Under the pieces are notes generated by a model that saw only the letters and a list, made by a program, of their open reading frames with translations, was not told the DNA's origin and did not search any database. A program made the position numbers and the translations under genes. This document shows positions 20,994-33,300 of a stretch of DNA of 64,000 nt, piece by piece. Numbering within the stretch: position 1 is the first letter of the stretch; each line of letters opens with the position of its first letter. This stretch comes from Schizochytrium sp. TIO01 (taxonomy: Eukaryota > Protista > Bigyra: Labyrinthulomycetes), in assembly GCA_004764695.1 (NCBI GenBank), contig SMSO01000007.1:1743270-1807269 (forward strand), given 5' to 3'.

Positions 20994-21641
20994 TTATGAG
21001 TCTTCACTTTCCGCGAGCCGTTTGAGGCGATCCATGAGCTGGATGTGTGAATGGAGAGCCTCTCGGAAAATGTACCAAGATATAAACTTTGGCGCACGAA
21101 TACTTAGTTCTTCATGAACCATCACTTCTCCATCACGCTCAGTTAAACTCCACACAGCAGTAACTCGAACACCCATTGGGCGGTAGGAGGCAGAAGCAAC
21201 TCGATTTTCGTGCGTCCGAAGCATGCTTAATCGATACTTGTGGGAGAAGTGAATAAAAGGCAAAAATCGAGTCAAAGAAGAGGATTCTCTGACAATATAC
21301 CGGTGAAGTTTGTAGTTCGCTTTCGAGGTAGGGAAAGCTGAGCTTGATGAGGATACAGAACCTTGAGCCAAGGAACGATCTGATCGGGAGCGCTGTAATT
21401 GTACAGGTGATTCAACAACAAATTGGCTCATGCGCTCTTTAGATTCTTTCACAGTCATGGCTAAGGATTGCTCCTCTTCGTGCTCCCAAGGTGTGTCCAC
21501 GGTTGGGTCATCAAGGGGCACTACCTCCACAATGTTTGGGTGAAGGCTGCTAATATGTCCAAAGCTGCTAATGAGATCCATTATTCGCTCTGCTGAGCTA
21601 TCAATAGAAACCACATTCTCCACAGACCTTGTGTCGTACAT
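20994..21641 (-). CDS. SRPBCC/START-fold-like (polyketide cyclase-like) protein
   Basis: ATG-initiated 215-aa ORF. N-terminal V.ID..AE.I.DLI......SLHP.IV.V and C-terminal V...WSL......V.V.EE...APKF...Y....A..SH..LM..L helix are typical of the helix-grip fold. Confidence 0.65.
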   Translation of the reverse strand: MYDTRSVENVVSIDSSAERIMDLISSFGHISSLHPNIVEVVPLDDPTVDTPWEHEEEQSLAMTVKESKERMSQFVVESPVQLQRSRSDRSLAQGSVSSSSSAFPTSKANYKLHRYIVRESSSLTRFLPFIHFSHKYRLSMLRTHENRVASASYRPMGVRVTAVWSLTERDGEVMVHEELSIRAPKFISWYIFREALHSHIQLMDRLKRLAESEDS

Positions 21642-24488
21642 TATATGACCGCACAGCTAGAAATGGTGAGGGTTAATACGATTAATCCTAGTAAACTCTT
21701 TAAGCTGATTGCGTTTTTGCTCCGCTGAAGTGGATATCACCTTGAGGTATTGGTCACAAGCGCTACTGCTGGCGCTTCCGGAGTTACCACAATTACCGTC
21801 AACACAATTCCAAGTTCTCCTATGCAGCTTCAGGATGGCTCGTTGCCAAGTAGGCGCAAAGGGGATTTGAGTTTACGAGGAGGCACTGTCGTGCTGCTCC
21901 TTTCAATGAGTCGAACGTCCTTCTTTCTTGTAGTATTCCCGTGCTTGCCCGAGTTCGATTCACGTGGCAGCCTTTTCTGGCGCGCGCCTACTGCTTCACC
22001 CACCAATCTTTGCCCACTCCTCTGATATCTCCACGTTATTGCTTTTTACTTTTCTCACGTCTGCAGATCCTTAATCTTGCACAGATGTTGGCCTCAAATT
22101 GCCTCGTGTCCTACCTAGTAATCCGCTTTTAGAGACGTTCTGGGTTCGTTGAGCCAAATTTCGATCACAACGAATAATGTGTTTGCAAATGAGCAAAAAT
22201 AGGTAAATGAAAATGAATGAGAAGCTGGCTTCTGCCCATTCGAAGGAACGATAATAGTTGCTAGTACGAGTGCTTCGACAACCTGCGGCTAGTAGACGAG
22301 AAACAGTCTTTCTCCCACCAAGCAATTCTCAATCTGGAGCCCAAGCTGGCGCTTATCCCAAGCAGGTCTTTCGAGGACTGCACGCGCCAACGCCAGGAAT
22401 GTCTCAGTCTTGCTGCCTCAATGAGAACTTCTGCTACTCACCTTCGAAGAGCTCCGTGTGGCTGCTGGCCGCGTGAGTACTCGCAACAGGTAAGTGCTTC
22501 GGTGGAGAGAAACAGTTTTGCTTACAGACTTTTGCCTCCCCACGAGGCTTGCGCGCGCGTGCACAATTTAGTTAATGCGGCTGAGAAGTACTTTTTTTCT
22601 TTTTTCAAAGAAAGGAAGAAGAAAAGCAAAGTAGGTACACCTTCAACTTTGTGGCTTTCACCGTTGCATTCAGCTTTCAGGTATCCTGCGAGTCTTGACT
22701 CAGCTCGAACGTAGTGTCACGAGCATCCCATTCACGTGCCTCTCTTTTCACATCTGAATATAGCTTTGCATCAACTTCCACAACTGCTGTCAGTTAGTTA
22801 GCATTCCATTTTTTATGCACATCATAAACAAGGCCTTCTACAGTGAAGTAGTAGATACCTGGGTACATGTATTATACACATATAAATTTGCGCAGGCAAA
22901 CAACCCATCCTTTCTGGCGAAGGACTACCGTCTCTAGTATAAAAGCTCCTCTTGAAGGCCTGGGTACCTACCTACCTACCTGGAGAGGGAGGTCGGAGTC
23001 GAATGCCTAGTACACACCTCCATCTATCTGATGTCATCATACGGTGACCCCTCACGAATGACCCATACTAGAATGTAGAAAATCGACAACACCTTCAATA
23101 CAGGAACCTGCCTGATTATTGGTGCTTACTGCGGCTCAAGCTCATGACATTTCTGCCACACGTGGGGCCAAGATGAACCTCTGCTCAATGAGGCTGTAGT
23201 ACTGCTGAAACTCTTCGCAATGAGGAGTGTGAGTTAAATTGAAGAGTGAAGTGGTTTACTTCCCTCACTGATACCTACTTTCGTACCTAGTACCTACGTT
23301 TCCTGAGAATACCGGTAGAATATGAAGCAGTGACAAACAAATATGCAAACTGTTTTTGGTTTCTCATGTTATGATGTAGTACAGTAGAGCATGCTTTAAT
23401 CTCCCTTTCGCAAGTGAGAGATATTGTCCCATTTTAGGAGTAATTGTCATTAGGGAGGCGTGCGACTACAGTTATTTGCAAAACCGAATGAGCCAGAAAA
23501 CTTGAATACTATTTAGATGAGAACTACAAGAAAATAGATACTCGGAGTTGCAGATTTGTTCAAAGAAGGTATAGGTAGGTGGGCACCTACGTAATCTAGA
23601 CATCTGTAATCAGTTTGTTGATTTCTTCATGTAAACTATGCTTCGTTGAGGAAGAAGCAGTACGTAGGTAGAGATAGTCAGACAGCATGTAATACTTAAA
23701 AAAAACAAAAAACGCAGCATGTTAGCTAAGCTACTTTGGCTATTGCAAAAGGTCCTTTGGATTAAAAAAGTAAATGGGTAACATATGAACCTTGAAATCG
23801 TGCATACGGCGAGGCCAACTTCTAAGGTATAATGTCGAAAGCACAGCTGGTTTAAAGTTCATTTGCTGAGACTTTGACCAGCTCGTTCTCTAATCACTAA
23901 GCCTGACAGTCACTCAAGAAGGCTCCCAATACTCCGAAACCTAATCATGATTATATAAAAGTAATGAACAAACGATGGGATACTAACTTTGGAGGATCCA
24001 ACAATATCATGCACTTGCGACAACGATAGAATCGGCCTATTTACTGTTTTAATTTAGGAGTAGTCGCCTCTTTTTACGATACAGCGCAATTGCTTTTTGC
24101 TCTCAACTTCCTTAGCCTTAGAGGAGATACTCTTTCTTAAGCTAACGCATATATACCAACAACTACTACTACTAATGGGAGCTACCAGGTCGTTAAAATT
24201 GATGAGAGCGTCGTTTGATAGTCTCTGCTATTGCAACCCAATTGGTTTTCATCCAGACCGAGGCAGTCCCAGAAAGAATCACACCATCGTTGTGGGCGAG
24301 TGAGACAGTCGGCGAACTTGATAGCTGACAGCTCTTTACTACGGCTGAGCGAAACCTTGTAAACACAGAAAAATTGAGGGAGATTTCCCTCTTGCGAGCA
24401 AAGCGAAACTAAAGCGAATCCGCTCTTCAAAACGCGACTGTTCAGATACTACTCAGTGCTGGACTGAGTTTGCAATCTCTGCTTGAGG

Positions 24489-25709
24489 ATGATTGCTTGC
24501 CCAGTGCTTACGATGCGAGACGTCAGGGCAGAAGCCTGCCGCGAAGATCCGCCGCCACAAAGTAAAAATGCTAAAGGAGCTCATCCTCGTGTGCTTCCGC
24601 TTGTAGGATTTTGGATGCTGACTGGCTACCTTGCTCAAGCTATGGAGGAACATGCTGTCAGCAGGGCCATGGATTCGAAGATTGCTTGCAAAGGTCTTCC
24701 GGATTTTGTCCACGATCGAGTTACTCAAGTGCGCCCGATGGCGTCTTTTGGCATGGACATTTATGCTCCCGATGCACTTGTGTTGGGTTGTTTTCTGCCG
24801 CTTCTTGCACTTGTGCTGGAGCGTGTTTGGATGCAAAATCAAACTTACTTCGCCCGAATCGTGCGGCGGATTTTATTTCTTCACAGTCTCTTTATTTTTC
24901 TTCATGCTGTAAGTTGTGGGTCATTTTTAAAATTGAACCGTTCATGTACAGGCTCTTCTAGCGAATGAATTCTGACAAGGTTTTCGTTTGTATACATGTG
25001 AGTACATCTCTCTCTCTCTGTCTATATGTATATACCTGTACCTGCGATACTATAGTGCTGTTGTATGGCTACAATTATGCCGCTACTCGGTTCAACGCAG
25101 AGCGCCTCAATGGTTGCATTCTTGGCACCACCGCTAATTCACGTAGGCCAGATTGAGCTGATCATCATTACTTCTTTCTTGGTGTTTTGGAGTGATCTCT
25201 CACCTGCCACTAAAATTGTGACTCTTATTATGGGTCCATTCACTGCTTTCGTTAAAATTGCCTCAGGTGACTTGTATTCCATCGATGTAGTTATAGAAAT
25301 TTGCTACTGTGTACCATTCATCTTACTTCATCGCGAGGAGCTTATTCACTGGCTAAAGGCTCAGCCTTCAAAGTCTGGTCTTCGATCTTGGAAAATTTTT
25401 GTGGGTCCTACTACAAATGGCGATGAACTGTTGACTCTCTGTCCCAGAGAAAAACGCGTTTTTGGCCGGCAAGACCTCCCATCTCGTTGGGTCTCCCGTG
25501 CTCATCTTCTGGTCTCTCACGATCCTACCTCAAGCGAGACTATCAAATGCGAATGCATTGGTCAGGCAGGTGTTATTGTGCATGATGAGACTAAAAACTT
25601 ATCGTGGGATGTTTCAGGAGGCTCTTCCTTCAATTGGTCTACGGATTACACTGTTGAAGTGCCTGCGTCCGAAGGAGAGGCTTATTTTCTCACACTAAAG
25701 CAGATGTGA
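24489..25709 (+). CDS. Sphingomyelin/IPC-synthase-like (PAP2 superfamily) membrane protein with degenerate active site, fused to a C-terminal FHA domain. Exons 24489-24908 and 25056-25709
   Basis: A phase-0 intron 24909-25055 (GTAAGT...TATAG) joins the two ORFs and rebuilds the SMS D2 motif RR-x8-I-x2-H-x6-T-x2-P. LPD (D1), PLIHVGQI (D3-like) and IASGDLYSIDVV (D4-like) are present, followed by the FHA-like motif FGR...SR.VSR.H. Confidence 0.75.
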
Positions 25710-26195
25710 TAAAATACGCCTAACAACGAGAGCTGTCTTATCTATTCATGAATTGCCAACAGGCTTGTTGGTTTAATCTTTACGCAGCCTTTCATGAAAG
25801 TGTAGGACTTAAGACGCGAATGTGGCATTTATCAATTTTTCACACGTCTTCCCGAAGATTGGATTTGCTTTCGAGCTGAACGGTGCAAATGTTGATGGAT
25901 TACGTACGTATCTTGCAAGATCAATAATTTTTTTTAAATAAGAACGAGCTGAACACTATCGTCCTTGCAAGCTTGGCTTTTTATCTAGATTAAGAAAGAT
26001 TGAAGTATTTCAGAAAGTTCTTGTTATTTTATATTGTTGTTTTATTGCCCCCTCCTTTTAAAGAACGGTGTATTTGCAAAGGTGTTTTCATTTGAATGAA
26101 GACACCTGCGATCATGTGTCTGCCCACTTGACCTTTTGATCAACTGGTCAAAAAACCAGTTGATTATTTTTTGAAGCATCTAGGTAAAAACAATG

Positions 26196-26915
26196 TCACT
26201 GCTTGGATGCTGGAGGCCACTCGATAGGGGTCTTGGGCTGGCGAATAACACAGTGCGGCGAGGGTGCATGGACAGCCCAGTAGTCTTCCCCAAGTTTAGG
26301 TGCGTACTTCTCCTTGAGATCCTCAGGAACCCATTTCTCCCACGACGCAAGTTGGATGCCAAGAGGCATAGCCGAGCAGTACGGGCGGCTGCCAGGTCTC
26401 GCAAGGTACTGCTGATGATACTGCTCCGCGTAGTAGAAGTTTTTCAGGGGCTCAACTGTTGTGGTAATGTCTCTGCCGATCTGGGTTTCGTACTGAGCAA
26501 TTGCGCATTCAGCAATCCGCCTCTGGTCCTCTGTCGTATACAGAACGATGCTGCGATATTGAGTGCCTCGGTCATTGCCCTGGCCATTGACCTGTGTAGG
26601 ATCATGACTTTGCAGAAATTGTCTCATGACGTCCACAAATGAAAGGTCTTCAGGTTTCCAAGCCACTCGAACTGCTTCTGCGTGTCCAGTAGTGCCGCTG
26701 CACACAGACTCGTACGTCGGGTTGTCCGTGTGGCCTCCTGCGTAAACAACTGCTGTTGAGTACATGCCTGGCATGCGCCAAAATCCAGTTTCAGACCCCC
26801 AGAAGCAACCGTTGCCCAAAACAATTGTCTCGCATCCTTCAAAGTCTCCTGTAACGGGTGTCTTCAGAATGTAGTGGGGCTCCGTCACTTCAGTGCTAGC
26901 CTTGTTGCCCATCAT
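26196..26915 (-). CDS. msrA: Peptide methionine sulfoxide reductase A
   Basis: GCFWG active site, YAGG...NPTYE.VCSG.TGHAEAV, HDPTQ.N.QGND.GTQYRS and FY.AE.YHQQYL. ATGs at 26915 and 26912. A possible N-terminal extension is described in findings. Confidence 0.96.
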   Translation of the reverse strand: MMGNKASTEVTEPHYILKTPVTGDFEGCETIVLGNGCFWGSETGFWRMPGMYSTAVVYAGGHTDNPTYESVCSGTTGHAEAVRVAWKPEDLSFVDVMRQFLQSHDPTQVNGQGNDRGTQYRSIVLYTTEDQRRIAECAIAQYETQIGRDITTTVEPLKNFYYAEQYHQQYLARPGSRPYCSAMPLGIQLASWEKWVPEDLKEKYAPKLGEDYWAVHAPSPHCVIRQPKTPIEWPPASKQ

Positions 26916-27599
26916 TCCCAATTGACGCCGTGCGACGCTGGAACTTGCGCCGCTGCGGGATAACTTCTTCGCAAGCGTTGCGAAAATCTTGCCAGGTTAC
27001 GAGCGCAAGCCCGGTTATCTACCACGAGAAAGTTATAAAGCTCGGCAAGAGGATCTCTGGCGTGTCAGCTTGCTTGTTTTGGATTTGCTTGCTTTAAAAC
27101 TTCTTCAAGAAACGCTCCGCAAAAGTATCCAGTTTATAAATTATTAACGAAAACAAAGAAGAGTAAATGAATATCCCAACAAGTAGGTACTGACCACCAT
27201 GAAACTATGAAGCCCTCAACGAGTGTGCGCACAACGAGCGAGTGAAAATCCAGAAAACTGAACAACGAAGCAATGTAAAAGCGCCGTCGAGCTTTCCCAG
27301 TTTCGTCGAGATTCATTTATCACCTCCGTTCGTTTGCACAAAAGAAGTGTGCTGCAATACTGCTTCTATTATGATCAATACTCAGCACTAGGTACTACAA
27401 AACCAAGCACTTCAGCAGTCACCAACAACGCAGCATTGCTATTTTGGCGAGGCGAGCTCAAACCTGGTGCTGGTCTGCTCGGTCCTTCGCAGGACGTGAG
27501 CAACTGGCTTGTTCAACCTGGCCTAGCCTGACGACGATGAGGCTCATCTGCGCTGCACTTGGGCTGCCAGAAAACGGAGCGTACTCTTGAAATTGTAAT

Positions 27600-27920
27600 C
27601 GCAAAGCCTACATAGGACTAATTAAATAGACTATCGAGCATCGCATTGATCAGCTCGTTGCCCCTTTAGCGCCGCGCCATCGAGCACACTGGATGTGGCC
27701 AAGAAGAGCAACATCTGCACGGCGCCATATGATTAAACAATCACGAAGAGGGTGAACGGTCCACGTTGATTGATTGAACCTTGGGCCAATATCCAGAGCA
27801 TCAACTCAGGTATTCAGAGACATCACACGCATCCTCAGAATGCTGTCAAAGCAAGAAAAGTCTTAGCTAGGTAGTTCTACAAACTGTGCAAGTTTCATGG
27901 CACTTGGGGCCGAGATCAGT
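27600..27920 (+). mobile_element. Decayed Ty3/Gypsy-like pol fragment (RT thumb to RNase H)
   Basis: KAYIGLIK*...DQLVAPL.......WMW (cf. RSFLGLVNYY...APL...F.W), then VVLQT[1-nt deletion]ASFMALGAEIS at 27871-27920 (cf. F.LQTDAS..ALGAVLSQ). By-eye match only. Confidence 0.4.
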
Positions 27921-28697
27921 GCTCATAACTAGCGCTCGCCAATCTGCTCGTGGGTTGTGGAACTCCGATTGATCTCAATTCCGTGGCCTCAACTTTGATG
28001 TGCTAGTTCTAACACTCCAGCGACTGTGGGGTCTCCTAAAATGCCAAGTTCGACATTGGCATACACCAAACCACGATCTGCCGCTTCTTATCTTCCCGCT
28101 GCTGTTCTTTGACAAGCTCACTTGAACGTGCTCTTGATCCCAGAGCAATATCATTTTCCAGCCAAAGCTTGAACGGAAAAGCGGCTCTTACGCACAATTC
28201 CATCGTTAATCTTGGGAGGAATCCATGCCTCTCGCTCTTAAGTAAAACGCTAAGAGTCAGTCTGCTCCTTACTTGCATGAAATAGATAGGAGCAGAGCAT
28301 GGAGGTGCCTCTTATGCGCTACTCTAGCAATGGCTAAGAGTGCCTAAGAAGAGAGAAGACTGGCAGTATCGTAGTTACGATATAATATAGTGCTCACCTA
28401 GTATGTAGAAAGTAGTGCATCAAGGCAATCGCAGAAATTGGAGCTGGTGGGAAGACTTGACGGTACGTGAGCCTGGATTGCGCAGCGAGGAAGGACCTGT
28501 TGAGAGATGCCTCGACACGTACAGATTACTTCAAACTTACGTCAAAGGGCTGGTGCAGAAACGACTCTAAAGGAGAGAAGAATGACCGGCATTCCGCCCC
28601 AGTGGGCTCGCACGAAACCCGGGAACGCGTTAATAACTAACTTTTGGGTGATTGAAAACAGACCTGTAGATTTAAAGGCATTGGCTCGACACCCACA

Positions 28698-29557
28698 ATG
28701 GCATTTGCGATTTGTGCAAGGCAGTTGGCACCCAGACACTGCGCACCAGTCCGCAAATCTGGACTCAGGCTCAGTCCTATTCTGCAACAGCAACAACAAC
28801 AACATGTGAGGTGCCTCAGCACAAAACATAAGACCAACAACCGGCACGAAGCTGCTGGACCTGGCCTCGCCGGTGGAATTTATGAGTTGGACGGCCCTGG
28901 AGATCACGCAATTTCACCTCGCATTGCTGACTCTGCATGGGTGGCACCGAACGCGATCATCATTGGAGATGTTGAGATTGGCGAGGATGCTAGTATCTGG
29001 TGGAACACTGTGATTCGCGGTGACAAGGATCTCATTCGTATCGGGGCACGCACTAACATCCAGGACGGTTGCGTTCTGCATACCGATGCCGGCATCAAGA
29101 TGGAGATTGGCGAAGGTTGTACAGTTGGCCACATGGCCATGCTCCATGGTTGTACTATCCACGACAACACTCTTATTGGCCTTGGTGCCACTATTCTCAA
29201 CAAGTAAGTTGGTAAGATATTGTAAAGGCGACCGGCGACTAGACCATGCTAGGTTTGAAATATTCTCAGCACAAAAGATCGTAATTGCTCGAGTGCTGAT
29301 TTGAAAACGTAATACTGACAAGCAACTATTTCCTGTACCTTAAACCTTGAAGAGCTGAGATCGGCCCGAACTGCCTTGTAGGTGCGAACGCTCTTGTCAC
29401 AGAGAACAAAAAGATCCCCGAGGGTTCTTTGGTAACAGGTGTGAACAAGGTTGCCCGGCACCTGAACGAAAACGAGATTGAGGGCCTTCGACGCAGCGCT
29501 AACGGTTACGTTGCTAATTCTAAGCGATACCAGAAAACGATGGTGAAGAAGAGATGA
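28698..29557 (+). CDS. Gamma-carbonic-anhydrase-family (left-handed beta-helix) protein with a mitochondrial-type presequence. Exons 28698-29203 and 29353-29557
   Basis: IRGD...IRIG.RTNIQDG.VLH and TVGH.AMLHGC supply three His ligands. A phase-2 intron 29204-29352 (GTAAGT donor, TACTGAC branch point, AAG acceptor) restores ILNKAEIGPNCLVGANALVTE. Confidence 0.92.
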
Positions 29558-30325
29558 TATGTTTGGTGCTCTATCACAACATCAGATGTTGCAATTATGC
29601 TTGCAACTTCTTGTCAGAGCAAGGAGTTTCCCGGGTGTCTAATTGTTTCTCTATCAAGCGATGCGTTAATTAAACTTTCCCATGGCCAGGCAGAGATACA
29701 GCTTGAACAAGGACGGACAGAATGCAGAAAGGATGAAATTGGGAGAGACAAGCAGCCAGGGAGGGTGAGTCACTCTATGCAAGCTAATAGAATTGAAGCT
29801 TACAAATACAACATATTATTACCTTGATGACTCACTTGAGGGGTTTAAACCTTACCAAGTCTTTCTTTTATGAAATAGATCTATAATATCATATATAATA
29901 TTATGTATTATAGTAGTGATTAGTAAAGTTGCAAAACATTCCTTGCAAATCAGAGTTTGAAAAGGTTAGGGTGTCACATTCAAGCTGATTAATTTTGTCA
30001 AGAGAGGAGAAAAAGGTAAAAGCCAAGACAGAAGACTGACTTGTGAAAAGTAAATTCTGAGACAAAAAACGTGAAGAAATCAATACAAAACCATCTTATC
30101 AAGCTACTCATGCAAGGTCCGTGCCATTGTTATGTCGTTGCTTTCCCTATTCCACTATACAGATGTAGTGAGGTACTGTCTCGATGTTGTAAAATCTTAC
30201 AACAGCGAAATATATTTTAGCTCGTGTATTTATCCACAGCATGAATAAACGAGCAAATTTACTTAGAGGTTGCATCTGGACCTCCAAGTAAAAGTTGTGC
30301 CAAAATTTACTACATTAGAAATCTT

Positions 30326-33300
30326 TTAGGTGGGCGAAAACGGGAGATTGAGCGCCCCGGCAGCCCAGTTAACCCCGAAAGAGTCATCAGTCTTGGGGCC
30401 AGGACCAAGACCGTCAAAGTCACTCTCAAGCATTGAAAGCGTAAGGGATGCCATGCCACGGTCAAGATTGCCTCCTTCAAAATTATCCCAAGTAGGCATG
30501 GGACCAATGGGCGAAGGAGAAACCAAAGCATTGCCAGGAGCAGTGCGAGCACCACCTTGGCGCCTTTGGCCCTGAGAGAAGGGATGTCCCGAGGCGTGCT
30601 GTTTCTGACCAGAGTTTGAAGGAGTGTCACAACTCATCTGTTGACCATGACGAGGTGTCTGCAGCATGTGCTGGAGGCGTTGGTGTTGATGGTGTGTGTA
30701 CTTGGCCTGTTGCTGCTGCTGGTGATGTTGTTGCTGCTGCTGTTGCTGCATCACATACCGCTGAGAAGGTGTCGTCGCAAGCTGGTTAGCATGTTTTGTC
30801 GAACCAGGTTGCAGAAACAAATCCGTGTCAAGACCAAGGCTTGCAAAATCTGCCTGCGAAAAGTCAAGATTCAGGTCACTGCCATTAAAGTCCCACTGCA
30901 AGGGACCGATTGGAGAAGCTGCTGAGCTCATGGGTTGAGTGAATTGCATATCCAAAGGAGGAACAACTATTGGGATGGTAGTATTACTACTCTGCTGTCG
31001 CTGGTATTGACTCTGGGATGAGTACTGCTGGTGTTGTTGAGAGTTGCTACCATAGTTCCCATAGTGTTGTTGGTGGTACATTTGATCATGCATTTCAGCC
31101 TCGGCGGCAGCTTGATCTGCGGCAGCCTTCTTCTTAGATTGACGTGGCTTGCGAGGCTTAGCAGGGCCATCCTTTTTGGGAGCACGTGGTTTACGTGGTT
31201 TAGTGGCCTTCTTTGTTTTGATGGATGTCTCGTCAAGGTTAATGAGAGCCATGTCGTCCATGGTGAGTGAAAAGTCGGTACCCATGGGACACGGTGCAAT
31301 TGGGTTCATGTTTGCTGCGAGAATAGAGGCGCTTACAGCAGGTTCTGCCTTCTTCTTGGTAGGCTTGCGAGGCTTGCGAGTTACAGGAGCCGTAGTGCTT
31401 GTAACAGTCAGCATTGGGTCTGAGTAAGAGCCAGCAAAAGTAGTCATCTGGGCACTCTGTATTACCTTGGGCTTACGGGAAGCTGTGTTCTGGGATGACG
31501 ATGAAGTTGTGCTCATCATAGATGAAGATGACGATTTTTTCGCCTCAGAAATGGGTCTCGGGATAGAAATTTCACTTGCAGATGACTGGGCCGACCCATT
31601 GCCAGATCCTATCGAATGCGAAGCAACAGGGGCCGAAGATAAGCTTGCTACCGACATTGACGGAGTGGACGCAGACGAGATCATGTTGCTCTGTGACATT
31701 AGAATAGTCCTTGCTGTAGAGGCTTGCTGGTGCTGGTGAAGGTGTACCGGTTCCTGATGCTGGTGCTGGTGCTGGTGTTGGTGTTGGTGCTGATGCTGGT
31801 GCTGAGACTGGTGCTGATGCTGGTGCTGGTGCTTGTGTTGATGCTGATGTTGATGCTGATGAGGCATTTGCATGTGTGAATGAGAGGCTTGTTGCTGTTG
31901 CTGTTGCTGTTGTTGTTGCTGTTGCTGTTGTTGCTGCTGAGAATGATGAGAAGTTGCCGGCTTTTTCTTTACAACAGGAACAAGGGCTGGCAATGGAAGT
32001 GTGCTCGAGGCCTTAGAAGGCTGCGGCTCGATAGGTTTTCCCTTGTTGTCTGTGACGGTGAGCCCAAGTTTGAGCTGCCATTTACGGCGAATAGCAGAGT
32101 TCCAACGATTTTTGACTGCATTCTCAGGGCGACCTGGAAGAAGCTTGGCGATTTCGCACCAACGGTTGCCATATGTTGCTTGAGCAGTCACAAGAACCTT
32201 TTCTTCATCCTCTGTCCATGTTGAGTGGTCAATGGTGGGATCGAGGTGGTTAAACCAGCGTTCGCGACATTGTTTACCGATGCGTCCAGGAATTCGCTCC
32301 GCAATCTCAGACCACTTGGTAATCTTACGGTCAATACAGGCACGAATCATATTGTCTTCCTCTTCAGTCCAAGGACCCTTCACAAGGCCGGGTCTCAAGA
32401 CCTTTTGCCACCGGTGCAAACATTGTACATCAGACCTTCTGCCACCAAGATATTCTTCACTGATTTTTTTCCACTTGGTTGCGCCAATAGCGGTAACTCC
32501 TTCCCGAAGCTTCGCGTCCTCCTCGCGGGTCCAGCGACCTCCGCCTCCCAATCGCGGCTCATCGCTTTCGGACTTCATTCCCATAGCATTCATAGAACTA
32601 CTCGAGGACGAGGAAGCACTCATAGGCCTTCCCGACGACTGCTGTTGTTGTTGTTGTTGTTGCTGCTGCTGCTGTTGTTGTTGCTGTTGAGGCTTCGCCA
32701 TAGGCATAGGAAACGCATTAGCCTTCTTCACAGGTTGAGATGGTGCACCAAATGAATTGGTGTTTGCATTATGCATATTTTCGCTGTTGTTGATGGACGC
32801 AACCATGTGCGAGTGTGTATGCGCATGCGAATGCGTATGGATCCTATGAACATGGTGGCCTGTCTGTGTTGCCACACCGTAGCCCATGTTTTTATCATTC
32901 ATGCTCATGCTGGAGTTACTCGTAGCTTGGGAATTGTTGTTATTGTTGCTGTTTGAACTACTGATGTTGGCCGTGAGGGTACCAGTGGAGCTAACTGAGA
33001 TATCGCTATCATGAGTGTTGTTAATGTTGCCGCTTGAGCTCTGGTTATCATTTGAATGTGGCTCCTGCTTGGAGTTCTTGGACGCAGGAATCTGAATCAA
33101 GGCAGGGGTATCTGTCAACTTCATATGCTGAGCAACTTGTTGACGTAAAAGTTCATGGTGGGGCATCTGCGTGCGATGGAGAGGCGAAGGTTGAAGGTTC
33201 TGACGCTTAGCATTGATGTTTTTCGTGAAGGCGAAGCTAGCCAATCCGGCTGGCGAGAAGGCTGGCGAAGGAGGCTCATCGCGCTTTGTCACTAACGCAC

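Noticed and set aside
31880-32755. PolyL and polyC ORFs opposite MYB3R
   Set aside because: Antisense translation of CAG/CAA repeats.
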